A DNA stretch of 64,000 bases, from positions 1 through 64,000 of the IMG/VR virus record IMGVR_UViG_3300023184_000030. One strand, 5' to 3'. How positions within the stretch are numbered: position 1 is the first letter of the stretch; every line of letters begins with the position of its first letter. The DNA is from a virus. Of the stretch, positions 1 to 8,252 are shown one piece after another. Position numbers and translations under genes: made by a program. The notes below the pieces were generated by a model. It ran no database searches. It had not been told where the DNA came from and saw only the letters and a list, made by a program, of their open reading frames with translations.

Positions 1-256
1 CCTCAATGTACAATGTTATTGAGGTGTGACCTATATCAGTCGGTATTCCGTACACCTTAACAAGCTGTCCTTCTTTCGCTGGTTTTTCGAAATAGCATTT
101 GTCAATAAGTACAGTTACCATTCTTGGGGTGTCACATAGTTGCATAGAGTATCCCGCCGCAGCTGCATCTATCCATGCCAATAATTTCCCACCGAAAAGA
201 TTCCCATGGAATCCAAGATCAGATTTTTTAATCGGATGTGTGTTTAATAATTCCAT
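1..256 (-). CDS. Acyl-CoA thioesterase (hotdog fold, YciA-like), truncated by window edge
   Basis: Manual translation (not in track): MELLNTHPIKKSDLGFHGNLFGGKLLAWIDAAAAGYSMQLCDTPRMVTV...; GNLFGG..L.W.D motif. Confidence 0.85.
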   Translation of the reverse strand, partial: MELLNTHPIKKSDLGFHGNLFGGKLLAWIDAAAAGYSMQLCDTPRMVTVLIDKCYFEKPAKEGQLVKVYGIPTDIGHTSITLYIE

Positions 257-269
257 TCTTTATATCGAT

Positions 270-1160
270 TTAAGATTTTTGTGAAACTGAAACCGATCTG
301 ACAATCATTGCGCTTTCGTTGGGTAAACCATTAGGCTGATGCTCTGTTCTACCGTGATTCAGTATTATTTTCATTTGATCTTTCTCTCCGTTGTACCAGC
401 TCAATATTTTTTGGTCTGTAGTTTCGAAAACTAAAGCTCCATCATAATAAATTCTGATAAAATCTTTCTCCCAGTGGCAAACATACTGTACAAGTCTATT
501 AGTACAATTAGCAACTGCCACATCGTAAGATCCGTACATTTCTTTTGTTCCATCTTCGACAACACCATAATGAAGATTTGGTTGTATCCTACTGGTCTTA
601 CCTAAAGAGTGCTTTTTAGCGTAGTCAGGACTTTGATCACTGTAAGCCTCAAAGATGTCAATTTCTGGTGGCCAACTATTAACTCCGCTTAACCAAAAAG
701 CTGGCCAATATGATTGTCCATATGGCAATTGGACCCATGACTCAAACCAACCATACTGCCATCCAATTTTTGACGTGACATAGCCAACACCAGTAGGTAT
801 AGTAAATTCATCAGGGAGCTGTGGGGTTTGTCTCCAATCAGGTAACTCTGATTTAACATACGTCTTTGGTATATTTCTCAGCTCGAGAATAAGTCCTTCA
901 TGTGAAACGTATGATAAGGTACCGTCAGTGTCGTAGTACTGATATAAACCATCGGGATGAAAATCTCCCCAACCAGGTCCATATCTCCAATTTTCTTGGT
1001 CTAGTGGCGATTCGAATTTATCTAAGAAAACCTGGGAATATCCATTAGGTAAGGAAACCGATCTTGTCTCACCATTATAATCCCTTGCCCTTAACTGTGC
1101 CTTTATCTTGCGGATGAAGTTAAGCAACGTATCTTTTAGATTATGTTTGATTTTTTTCAT
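270..1160 (-). CDS. Glycoside hydrolase family 16 (laminarinase/beta-glucanase-like)
   Basis: WPAFWL...WPPEIDIFE catalytic ExDxxE motif; YGWFE and W....I..YYDG strands. Confidence 0.88.
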   Translation of the reverse strand: MKKIKHNLKDTLLNFIRKIKAQLRARDYNGETRSVSLPNGYSQVFLDKFESPLDQENWRYGPGWGDFHPDGLYQYYDTDGTLSYVSHEGLILELRNIPKTYVKSELPDWRQTPQLPDEFTIPTGVGYVTSKIGWQYGWFESWVQLPYGQSYWPAFWLSGVNSWPPEIDIFEAYSDQSPDYAKKHSLGKTSRIQPNLHYGVVEDGTKEMYGSYDVAVANCTNRLVQYVCHWEKDFIRIYYDGALVFETTDQKILSWYNGEKDQMKIILNHGRTEHQPNGLPNESAMIVRSVSVSQKS

Positions 1161-1164
1161 TTTT

Positions 1165-1398
1165 TTAGATGTTTATGTTTTTAATTTCTGTATATTCTTT
1201 ATTGTAATATTCTTCAGAGCTTCCGTTACATCCTTGATTGAACTCGCCCTTATCGTAGGCATCCATTATTTTTTCTTTCTCATTAGGTAGGCTATTTTCC
1301 AACATGGTTACAATTCCACTCATGGTTAAAGTTATCCCTCTTGATTCAATTTCCTTAACCGATTCTATTAGGTGCTGAAGTGTTGTTTTATTTTTCAT
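1165..1398 (-). CDS. Hypothetical phage protein
   Basis: 77-aa ORF tightly packed in the operon. Confidence 0.65.
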   Translation of the reverse strand: MKNKTTLQHLIESVKEIESRGITLTMSGIVTMLENSLPNEKEKIMDAYDKGEFNQGCNGSSEEYYNKEYTEIKNINI

Positions 1399-1442
1399 GC
1401 TGATATTAATGGGGTTTCCTATTCCTAATTTAATGATTTTAT

Positions 1443-1709
1443 CTATTTATGTTTCTGTTTAATTGAGTCATATTTCTGACCCCAATAACTAATTTCAGAT
1501 TCTCTAAACTGTAGTTCTTCTCTGAGAAAATCTATTTGATCTTTTTGATCTACTATAATATTGTTTAGCGAGTCTATTAAATCCACGCAGGCATCTTTTT
1601 TTGTATCAGGGACTTCTGTGTTTAGTGTATTAAATTTTGGCATGCATACAATCAAACCTGAAAGTACTACTGCTCCACAAAATAATATTGCTTTTTTAGT
1701 TGATGTCAT
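1443..1709 (-). CDS. Hypothetical protein, N-terminal membrane anchor + coiled coil
   Basis: Hydrophobic AILFCGAVVLSGLIVC followed by heptad-rich helix. Confidence 0.6.
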   Translation of the reverse strand: MTSTKKAILFCGAVVLSGLIVCMPKFNTLNTEVPDTKKDACVDLIDSLNNIIVDQKDQIDFLREELQFRESEISYWGQKYDSIKQKHK

Positions 1710-1734
1710 AAGCTTAGTTTTAAAGATTATATTT

Positions 1735-2829
1735 TTAATTTGATAAGGGTGCTTTAATTGACGGGTGTGATTGATAATTTTCCAATATAATATGTTCGTG
1801 ATTTATAGTATCCATCATATTGGGAGAAACCGAACTAAATTTGTAATCATCTTTTATTGTTACTGTTGGTAATTCCATAGGTTCTCTACCAATCTGTTCT
1901 TTGGCTTGTTCAATATGGTTACTATATAAGTGTACGTCTCCTAAGTTACCAATTAATTCATCAGGTACCATATTAACTTCCTTAGCAATGATTTCAAGTA
2001 GTAAACCATAAGATGCAATGTTGAATGGTAACCCTAAGAATGTATCTGCTGAACGTTGGTTCCACATTAAGGAGATTGCTCGTTTAGGTACACCATAAGG
2101 TTTAAAAAACTCATCCATAGAAAACTCAACACTAGGGTCTCTCATTGGTAAAACAACATTACTTTTATTTTGTTTCATCCAAGATAATCTTTCCTCATCA
2201 CTCAACTCTCTTGTATAAACTTGAAATCCATAATGACAAGGTGGAAGTACCATTTGATCTATTTCACCTACATTCCAAGCATTAACCATTAATCGTCTTG
2301 AGTCTGGATTTGTTTTAAGGTCGTTGATTAGATTTTGTATTTGGTCTATACCACCATACATTGGAGGTTCATAGTCACCATATCTTTTTTTACTTCCCCA
2401 ATCTCTCCATTGCTTGCCATAAATAGGTCCTAGATCACCCCAACGCTTAGCCCAACCTTCATCAAGCCCAATTGCTTTAATAAAGTTTTCCTTTGTCATT
2501 CTTGGCACCTCACCAAACGGAGAATGAACTGCTACCTCATCGTACCACTTTTCATATGCTTTATAAGCATCACCATCCCAAATATGGCAATCGTTGTCAA
2601 CAAGGAATTTAATATTCGTATCACCACGAAGGAACCAAAGTAATTCAGTCACCATTGTCTTCCAAGCCATCTTTTTGGTAGTTAACAGCGGAAACCCATC
2701 CTTCATGTTATGTCGGATAGTGTAACCAAAAATAGATTTGGTTCCAGTGCCTGTACGGTCTTTCTTTTCTATTCCATAATCCAAAATAGATTGGAGAAGA
2801 TCTGTGTATTGTTTATCTAGATTATTCAT
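1735..2829 (-). CDS. thyA: Thymidylate synthase
   Basis: DRTGTGT, FPLLTTKK, ELLWFLRG, LPPCH, QRSADTFLGLPFN (dUMP-type Asn), GDVHLY. Confidence 0.97.
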   Translation of the reverse strand: MNNLDKQYTDLLQSILDYGIEKKDRTGTGTKSIFGYTIRHNMKDGFPLLTTKKMAWKTMVTELLWFLRGDTNIKFLVDNDCHIWDGDAYKAYEKWYDEVAVHSPFGEVPRMTKENFIKAIGLDEGWAKRWGDLGPIYGKQWRDWGSKKRYGDYEPPMYGGIDQIQNLINDLKTNPDSRRLMVNAWNVGEIDQMVLPPCHYGFQVYTRELSDEERLSWMKQNKSNVVLPMRDPSVEFSMDEFFKPYGVPKRAISLMWNQRSADTFLGLPFNIASYGLLLEIIAKEVNMVPDELIGNLGDVHLYSNHIEQAKEQIGREPMELPTVTIKDDYKFSSVSPNMMDTINHEHIILENYQSHPSIKAPLSN

Positions 2830-3142
2830 TGATAATATCTTGTAATCGTTTAATTTCTGCTATCACATCATCACCTAATTCAATTTTGGACATCATGGTT
2901 AGATCTATTACTTGAGAGTACAATACTTTGATTAATTCATCTCTAAATTTAATTTGTTTATCTTGTACTTGTATATGTTCATCAATCATCCACTTTATCT
3001 TATCAAACTCAGTTCGAATGTCATCTTTTAGTCTATTTGAGTGAGTATCTGATGTTATTTTTTCTTCCCTATTTTTCATTAGTTGGTTACGTTTTTTCAG
3101 GATGCCCTTGTTTAACAGGTCTTTTGCTTCTTCTTTATTCAT
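2822..3142 (-). CDS. Hypothetical protein
   Basis: Packed ORF overlapping the thyA start. Confidence 0.6.
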   Translation of the reverse strand: MNKEEAKDLLNKGILKKRNQLMKNREEKITSDTHSNRLKDDIRTEFDKIKWMIDEHIQVQDKQIKFRDELIKVLYSQVIDLTMMSKIELGDDVIAEIKRLQDIINE

Positions 3143-3147
3143 GGGTT

Positions 3148-3408
3148 TTATTTTAAAAAATTAAGTAACTTAAACATACTTGGTTTAGCATCCCGGTGCT
3201 CCTTGGTCCAATACCAGCTCTTACCCTGTGAATCGGTTAGCCCGATATTTCCATCTAACCATTCACAGAAATTCTGAATATCCATTATATCAACTAGGTC
3301 TTCCCATTGATCATATACTACAACTTTATCGGCATCACGGATTGCCCATAGACAATCTCCTTCGTGGTTAATTAGCGAGAATTTTTTCATGATTTTATTT
3401 TTACTCAT
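3148..3408 (-). CDS. Hypothetical protein
   Basis: Packed ORF. Confidence 0.6.
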   Translation of the reverse strand: MSKNKIMKKFSLINHEGDCLWAIRDADKVVVYDQWEDLVDIMDIQNFCEWLDGNIGLTDSQGKSWYWTKEHRDAKPSMFKLLNFLK

Positions 3409-3662
3409 TAATAAATTTTAAGGTGTGGATATTCTGTTATCTCTACGAATCTTTTATCAACTTCGTAGTACTTTTCCAACACTTCATCTAACAATTTCTC
3501 TTTTGAATCCTGGCAATAAAGATAACGAACTGATCCGTATCCCATATCAACTGTGTAGCCAATATATTTCCAACCGGTAAATAATTTTCTTTGAATTAGA
3601 TAGTCATTTTTTCTTTTTATGAACCTTATCTTAATTCTCATTTTCATCATTGTTAATTTCAC
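3408..3662 (-). CDS. Hypothetical protein (start uncertain)
   Basis: Packed ORF; several possible Met starts. Confidence 0.55.
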   Translation of the reverse strand: MKLTMMKMRIKIRFIKRKNDYLIQRKLFTGWKYIGYTVDMGYGSVRYLYCQDSKEKLLDEVLEKYYEVDKRFVEITEYPHLKIY

Positions 3663-3825
3663 CTGTTTCTAAATCAAACCAAACTGTTTCTGGTCCTTCG
3701 TTACCCATCTGTGATAGAGCTTTCTGCAGCATTGGCACTAAAACTTGATTCATCCATTGGTCCTGGGTCAGATCCGAATCTGGATTATTCTTTAGGTAGT
3801 TTTTGTACTGTGATTCTAATGTCAT
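3631..3825 (-). CDS. Hypothetical protein
   Basis: Packed ORF. Confidence 0.55.
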   Translation of the reverse strand: MTLESQYKNYLKNNPDSDLTQDQWMNQVLVPMLQKALSQMGNEGPETVWFDLETGEINNDENEN

Positions 3826-3842
3826 ATCGATTTATTTTAATA

Positions 3843-4850
3843 TTAATGCGATCCAAATCCAACCTCTTTTTGCTTCTTACCTTTCGGTGTTTTTTTCATC
3901 CCTTTAAGATGCTCTATTGCATTTTCGTATTTGTTGTCCAGCAATATAACCGAGATAAAAAGTTCTTTTAAATGAGACATAGAAAGATCCTCTGTATCAT
4001 CTAACCATTTCTCTATGTTGATATCGATTTTATTATCTCCAATTTTATTTTCTAGATAGGATTTTCTAACCTCTCTAGAAGGTGGCGAAACATAATATCT
4101 TCGGTCAAAACGGGAAGGTCTATTAGTAATTCTTTCCTCTAGTTTTTCTGGGTAGTTCGTTGTTGCTATGTAAACAACATTTTCGATTTGTTTAATCCCA
4201 TCAAGAATATTGAGTAACACCGAAGTTGAATAATTACTATCTCCTGCAACGCTATCAATATCTTCGATAATAACAACTAGCGGACGATCAGGTTCAATCT
4301 GTCTTAACTTCGGAACCATTTCAACGTATGCTTTGATGGAGTCTTCATTTTTGATATTGATAACAACACCAGATAACTCCTTGATGATGTGCATCATGCA
4401 AAGCTGCAAAATACCTGACTTACCACATCCAGGATCCCCATATAAAAGAATCCCTCTTTTGTGCATAAGCTTATATGATTTATAAAGTTCTGCTTTTTTC
4501 CAGAATGATTTTATATCGGTTAATATTTCTCCAATCTCAACTGTGGGAAGCTCGTATAGCTCATCAGTATTAATGGCTTGTCGCATTACGCACCACTCAT
4601 TAGCTCTGCTGTTCCATTCGAATTCATACAGACCTGCAGGAAGTTGTTTCTCTGCTTTAGGAGCTGCGATGTAACTACCGTCACCCATAACAGACCATTG
4701 GGCAAAATCCATCTTCTTTTCGTCCCCCGCTGAATCCGATGGAATTGCAACTTCATCATTAAGATAGTCATCAACTTCCATTTCAATATTTCGAATACCT
4801 AAATCTGCCATTATCTTTTCTTTATCATACTTAATTTTTCTGCTTGCCAT
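3843..4850 (-). CDS. AAA+ ATPase
   Basis: RGILLYGDPGCGKS Walker A, IIEDID Walker B, TTNYPE sensor, RPSRFDR arginine finger. Confidence 0.92.
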   Translation of the reverse strand: MASRKIKYDKEKIMADLGIRNIEMEVDDYLNDEVAIPSDSAGDEKKMDFAQWSVMGDGSYIAAPKAEKQLPAGLYEFEWNSRANEWCVMRQAINTDELYELPTVEIGEILTDIKSFWKKAELYKSYKLMHKRGILLYGDPGCGKSGILQLCMMHIIKELSGVVINIKNEDSIKAYVEMVPKLRQIEPDRPLVVIIEDIDSVAGDSNYSTSVLLNILDGIKQIENVVYIATTNYPEKLEERITNRPSRFDRRYYVSPPSREVRKSYLENKIGDNKIDINIEKWLDDTEDLSMSHLKELFISVILLDNKYENAIEHLKGMKKTPKGKKQKEVGFGSH

Positions 4851-4870
4851 TTTATGTATATTATATTATT

Positions 4871-4897
4871 TTATATTTTCTAATATTATTTAGTTTC
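4871..4897 (-). promoter_or_regulatory. Putative class-II promoter GAAAC-N17-TATAA
   Basis: Same bipartite motif recurs at 16534-16561, 21067-21094, 35686-35712, 52413-52440 and 53745-53771. Confidence 0.55.
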
Positions 4898-4899
4898 GT

Positions 4900-5637
4900 T
4901 TAGCTTAAATAATTTGACATGTTGATAGCGGCTTGTTCAGCTTGCTCCCATGTCCTTATCGTTATCTTCCCTCTTCTATTAAATGGTATAATCGATGCTA
5001 TTTCAAACTCTTTACCCTCCTCTAGCCATCCGTCTTTTCTGTTTCTGATTTCCGCCTTATTAGCTAATTTTTTATACTTGTCCCATTCTTCTTTTAAGTA
5101 ATCAGATTCAACAGGAACGTAATTTTCATCGAATAGCCTATCACCCAGTCTAAATGTGTTTCCCCCTCTGTGGCTGTATCCATAATATCCCTTTACAAAA
5201 GATGAAAAGTAATCTTCAACCACACCCTTTCTTTCAGAAGGAATATGGAAGAAATTTTTTTCCAATAATAAAGCAACACCATTAGGCTTTTTCTGTGTTA
5301 CCATCATTTGGTTTTTGTAATATCTCCATCCATCAGAAATACTTCCTAGATAAGTTCCGTCCGGTGCTAGAAATGAATTTTCCAAAATGAATTCATCATT
5401 ATCGGAAGTGTGTTTACCGATCGCTCCCCCTGTATACTTGTTGATAAGTTCAATCTTCTCTGGATCAGGAATAAAACCATCTAGGTCTCTCTTGACATAG
5501 ATTCTAGAGACCAACTTGGTAAATCCAAGATTCAAATGAATCTTATTAAGCTTGTTGTTTCCCGAGGAATACCCAGGAGACTTCTCGAATTTTAATCTGA
5601 TCTTTCCCAGATAAGGGGTTTGGTTTTTTATAAACAT
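4900..5637 (-). CDS. Hypothetical phage protein
   Basis: 245-aa ORF; GYSHRGG..F..GD motif. Confidence 0.7.
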   Translation of the reverse strand: MFIKNQTPYLGKIRLKFEKSPGYSSGNNKLNKIHLNLGFTKLVSRIYVKRDLDGFIPDPEKIELINKYTGGAIGKHTSDNDEFILENSFLAPDGTYLGSISDGWRYYKNQMMVTQKKPNGVALLLEKNFFHIPSERKGVVEDYFSSFVKGYYGYSHRGGNTFRLGDRLFDENYVPVESDYLKEEWDKYKKLANKAEIRNRKDGWLEEGKEFEIASIIPFNRRGKITIRTWEQAEQAAINMSNYLS

Positions 5638-5641
5638 CTTT

Positions 5642-6043
5642 CTATTTGTTTTCTTCTACTTCTATTACCACTATTCTATCATTTGTATATGATAAAAATA
5701 AAACGAAAAACCTAACCGGTATTTCAGAATTTTTTGAATACTGTGATAGCGTTATCACTCTCCCTGCATTGCTTGACGAGTTCCACTCAAATTTGGATTC
5801 CTTATTGTTGTATCTTTTTTTAATAAATTTCGATATGTCTTTTTTAGCTAATCCATAGCTATCATTTCTCTTTCCTATACTTGTTAATAGTACTGTGTCT
5901 TCACACAAATCCTGAATATAGAAATTATTTAAAGCATCCACATATGTCTGTGGATCTATCTTAGGTGCTCGACCCTGTGCTCTTAACCCAGAACCAAATA
6001 TTATCATTGAGATTGCAATGATTGCTGTTTTTAATTTATTCAT
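5642..6043 (-). CDS. Exported protein with signal peptide (possibly DUF4783-like)
   Basis: MNKLKTAIIAISMIIFGSGLRA-Q signal peptide ending A|Q, typical of Bacteroidota. Confidence 0.55.
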   Translation of the reverse strand: MNKLKTAIIAISMIIFGSGLRAQGRAPKIDPQTYVDALNNFYIQDLCEDTVLLTSIGKRNDSYGLAKKDISKFIKKRYNNKESKFEWNSSSNAGRVITLSQYSKNSEIPVRFFVLFLSYTNDRIVVIEVEENK

Positions 6044-6045
6044 TT

Positions 6046-6378
6046 TTATAATAAATAGTTAACTAATAAGTATGATAATTTATAACCGGTAAATGCACCT
6101 ACTGCAGATGGGATTGGAAACACTATCAGTTTTCCCAGATCTGTTACATACTTTGGCCTATTTACTATTCTTCCTAAATAAGAATAATAAACAAAATAAC
6201 CAATCAATACAGCAAAGTCAACTTTAGTTGATATGAAAACAATCAATGTAGCACTTATAAATCCATAAAGGAAATTATCCCTAACACCCTCCCAGATCTC
6301 TGCCGTGGTAGCATCCTTATATTCCTTAACTATTTTATTGATTGAGATAATCTTTTTATCTGGTTTCTGTATTTCCAT
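6046..6378 (-). CDS. Small membrane protein
   Basis: About three hydrophobic segments. Confidence 0.65.
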   Translation of the reverse strand: MEIQKPDKKIISINKIVKEYKDATTAEIWEGVRDNFLYGFISATLIVFISTKVDFAVLIGYFVYYSYLGRIVNRPKYVTDLGKLIVFPIPSAVGAFTGYKLSYLLVNYLL

Positions 6379-6383
6379 TTCTA

Positions 6384-6415
6384 CAAATATAATGTTTGGT
6401 TACGTATTAAAAAAA
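6384..6415 (-). promoter_or_regulatory. Bacteroidota-type (class-I) promoter
   Basis: TTTTTTTAATACG-N11-TATATTTG; TAnnTTTG is the Bacteroidota housekeeping -7 element. Confidence 0.65.
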
Positions 6416-7021
6416 TTAAATACTGGATTCTTTTAAACTTTTTATCTGAGCTTCATAAAGCTTATTTTTATCCTCGAGCAAGCTAAGGCTGCTTCTTGTA
6501 TTTTTCCAGTAGTAGTAGAACTTATCGCAAAGTTTTTTTGTTAGCTCAATCTTTTCTTTGTGCAAGAACTTAGCTTCTTTTATAGTGGTAACTACACCAT
6601 AAGAACTTACGTACATTAGCCCTGCATAATCTGGAACTTCCTCCTTTTTAATTAGACCCTCTGGTACGCAATAATAGAATTTATTTGGTCTGAATTTCCA
6701 TTCGGTTGGAGAGTAGTACTGCTCTGATATTCTTTTCTTTGTTATCGGATCAGCATGATACCTATACTTCTTTTTCATATAGACACCTTCGTTCAGTATA
6801 AGGTGCTTATTTTTCTTTTTGAAATCATTTAAGAAGTCGCATCTGCTAATTTTTATTTCTATCTCGTAGCAGTATCCACTTTTCTGAACTACCAGAAAAT
6901 CTGTTTCCCAGTCATCCTTAAATAGATATAGATTTCCTACGGTGTACTTTATATTTCCGCTATCAAATCTTTTCTCTAGATTTTTCTGGATTGTTTTTTC
7001 GCTGTGCTTGATATCTGCCAT
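6416..7021 (-). CDS. PD-(D/E)XK nuclease, MmcB-like
   Basis: ETDFLVV...YEIEIKISRCDF..D and PNKFYYCVP...VP.YAGL motifs. Confidence 0.7.
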   Translation of the reverse strand: MADIKHSEKTIQKNLEKRFDSGNIKYTVGNLYLFKDDWETDFLVVQKSGYCYEIEIKISRCDFLNDFKKKNKHLILNEGVYMKKKYRYHADPITKKRISEQYYSPTEWKFRPNKFYYCVPEGLIKKEEVPDYAGLMYVSSYGVVTTIKEAKFLHKEKIELTKKLCDKFYYYWKNTRSSLSLLEDKNKLYEAQIKSLKESSI

Positions 7022-7030
7022 TTCAATTAA

Positions 7031-7687
7031 TTAATCCCACCACCCGCGAAGACCTGTTCCATCAAACCATTTATAATAATGATCCTCATCTTTGTGTTCT
7101 TCTTCAGTTAATGATTCTGATATTTTTTGATATTCCTTGTGATCCTGACCTTGTAGAATTCTCCATAGTTCTTTCCATTCTTGCTCGCCTATTTCATGGG
7201 ATCTTTCAAACACCTTTCTGTTGTGAGCTTTCTCCTCTTCAGTTTCTTTATCAATCAATTTAGAATATCCTGGCTTATCATCAACAGCTTCGAATTCCCA
7301 ATCGTGGTTTATAATCTCCCCTAATTCTGCCTCAGCCATTTCGATATACAGATCCTCGTTATAGTTCCGCATAAGCTCCGCAGCTCTCTTCATCGCTTTA
7401 ACTTTTTTTAGTCTGCTGATGTCAACCTCGTGGCCATGTTTTTCCATTTTGTCTCCCATATCAGAAATCCCTATTTCCATGAATTTAAGTAAAGAGTGAT
7501 GATCCCACCAGTAGTGATTTGCTAACGGCTTTCTAAATCTCCAGACATTCTTTAAGAACCTGGGAATGTCATATCTAAACAGCGAGTATGTTTTATACCA
7601 CCATGTATTGTGTCTTATTAATCTTTTGATGCTATCACCAAATGTGTCTGCAAACTCTACTTTCATAAAAAATGGTTTGTTTTTCAT
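7031..7687 (-). CDS. Hypothetical phage protein
   Basis: 218-aa ORF ending GLRGWWD. Confidence 0.7.
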   Translation of the reverse strand: MKNKPFFMKVEFADTFGDSIKRLIRHNTWWYKTYSLFRYDIPRFLKNVWRFRKPLANHYWWDHHSLLKFMEIGISDMGDKMEKHGHEVDISRLKKVKAMKRAAELMRNYNEDLYIEMAEAELGEIINHDWEFEAVDDKPGYSKLIDKETEEEKAHNRKVFERSHEIGEQEWKELWRILQGQDHKEYQKISESLTEEEHKDEDHYYKWFDGTGLRGWWD

Positions 7688-7713
7688 AGATTATGATCAA
7701 TACAAAGTTCCAC

Positions 7714-7744
7714 AAAAAAAGCCAGATAAACTATATCTGGCTTT
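7714..7744 (-). terminator. Intrinsic terminator
   Basis: GCCAGATA/TATCTGGC stem followed by a T-run on the minus strand. Confidence 0.7.
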
Positions 7745-7763
7745 AAATATTATAAGGTTTTAA

Positions 7764-8171
7764 TTATTCCTCGTCTTCGTCTTCCTCTTCACCTTCTTCT
7801 TTTTCTCCGTCTTCAACCTCTGGTTTTTCGTCATCTTCAACTTCAACCTCTATGTTTTCTGGTTCGATCATTTCTTCTCCTGATTCTTCTGATGATCCTG
7901 CACCTTCCATTTCGTTTCTGATCCAATCAGCAACTTCTTGAATATCGTCTTTAGACGTAGCAATATGATCAGCAGCCCAATCGTGACCATTCTTAAGATA
8001 TTTATCAACTTCTGCTGGATCCATTTTAAGAATCTCCTCTATGTAATGCTTGATTGAAGTTAGGTTTGCGAAAAACATGTAGTGTTGTTGTCCACCCTCC
8101 ATGTTGTTGTCGTCTTCAGCTATTTCCATAGCTTTTTTCTTGAAGTCGTCAAATGATGCTATTCTTTCCAT
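7764..8171 (-). CDS. Acidic protein with capsid-targeting-like N-terminus and Glu-rich tail
   Basis: MERIASFDDF start; C-terminus EEGEEEDEDEE; GATATATA upstream at 8194-8201. Confidence 0.7.
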   Translation of the reverse strand: MERIASFDDFKKKAMEIAEDDNNMEGGQQHYMFFANLTSIKHYIEEILKMDPAEVDKYLKNGHDWAADHIATSKDDIQEVADWIRNEMEGAGSSEESGEEMIEPENIEVEVEDDEKPEVEDGEKEEGEEEDEDEE

Positions 8172-8193
8172 TTTTTAAATTTTTATGTTTATG

Positions 8194-8201
8194 TATATAT
8201 C
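8194..8201 (-). promoter_or_regulatory. Putative late promoter GATATATA (representative copy)
   Basis: Exact octamer just upstream of 12 genes (see findings). Confidence 0.65.
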
Positions 8202-8252
8202 TATTTTGATTATCTAATTGCGTAATCTGCGTATTTATCAGAATAGCTGAAT

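Noticed and set aside
1735-2829. Intron or intein in thyA (longer than the E. coli enzyme)
   Set aside because: Extra length is short in-frame insertions in a continuous ORF
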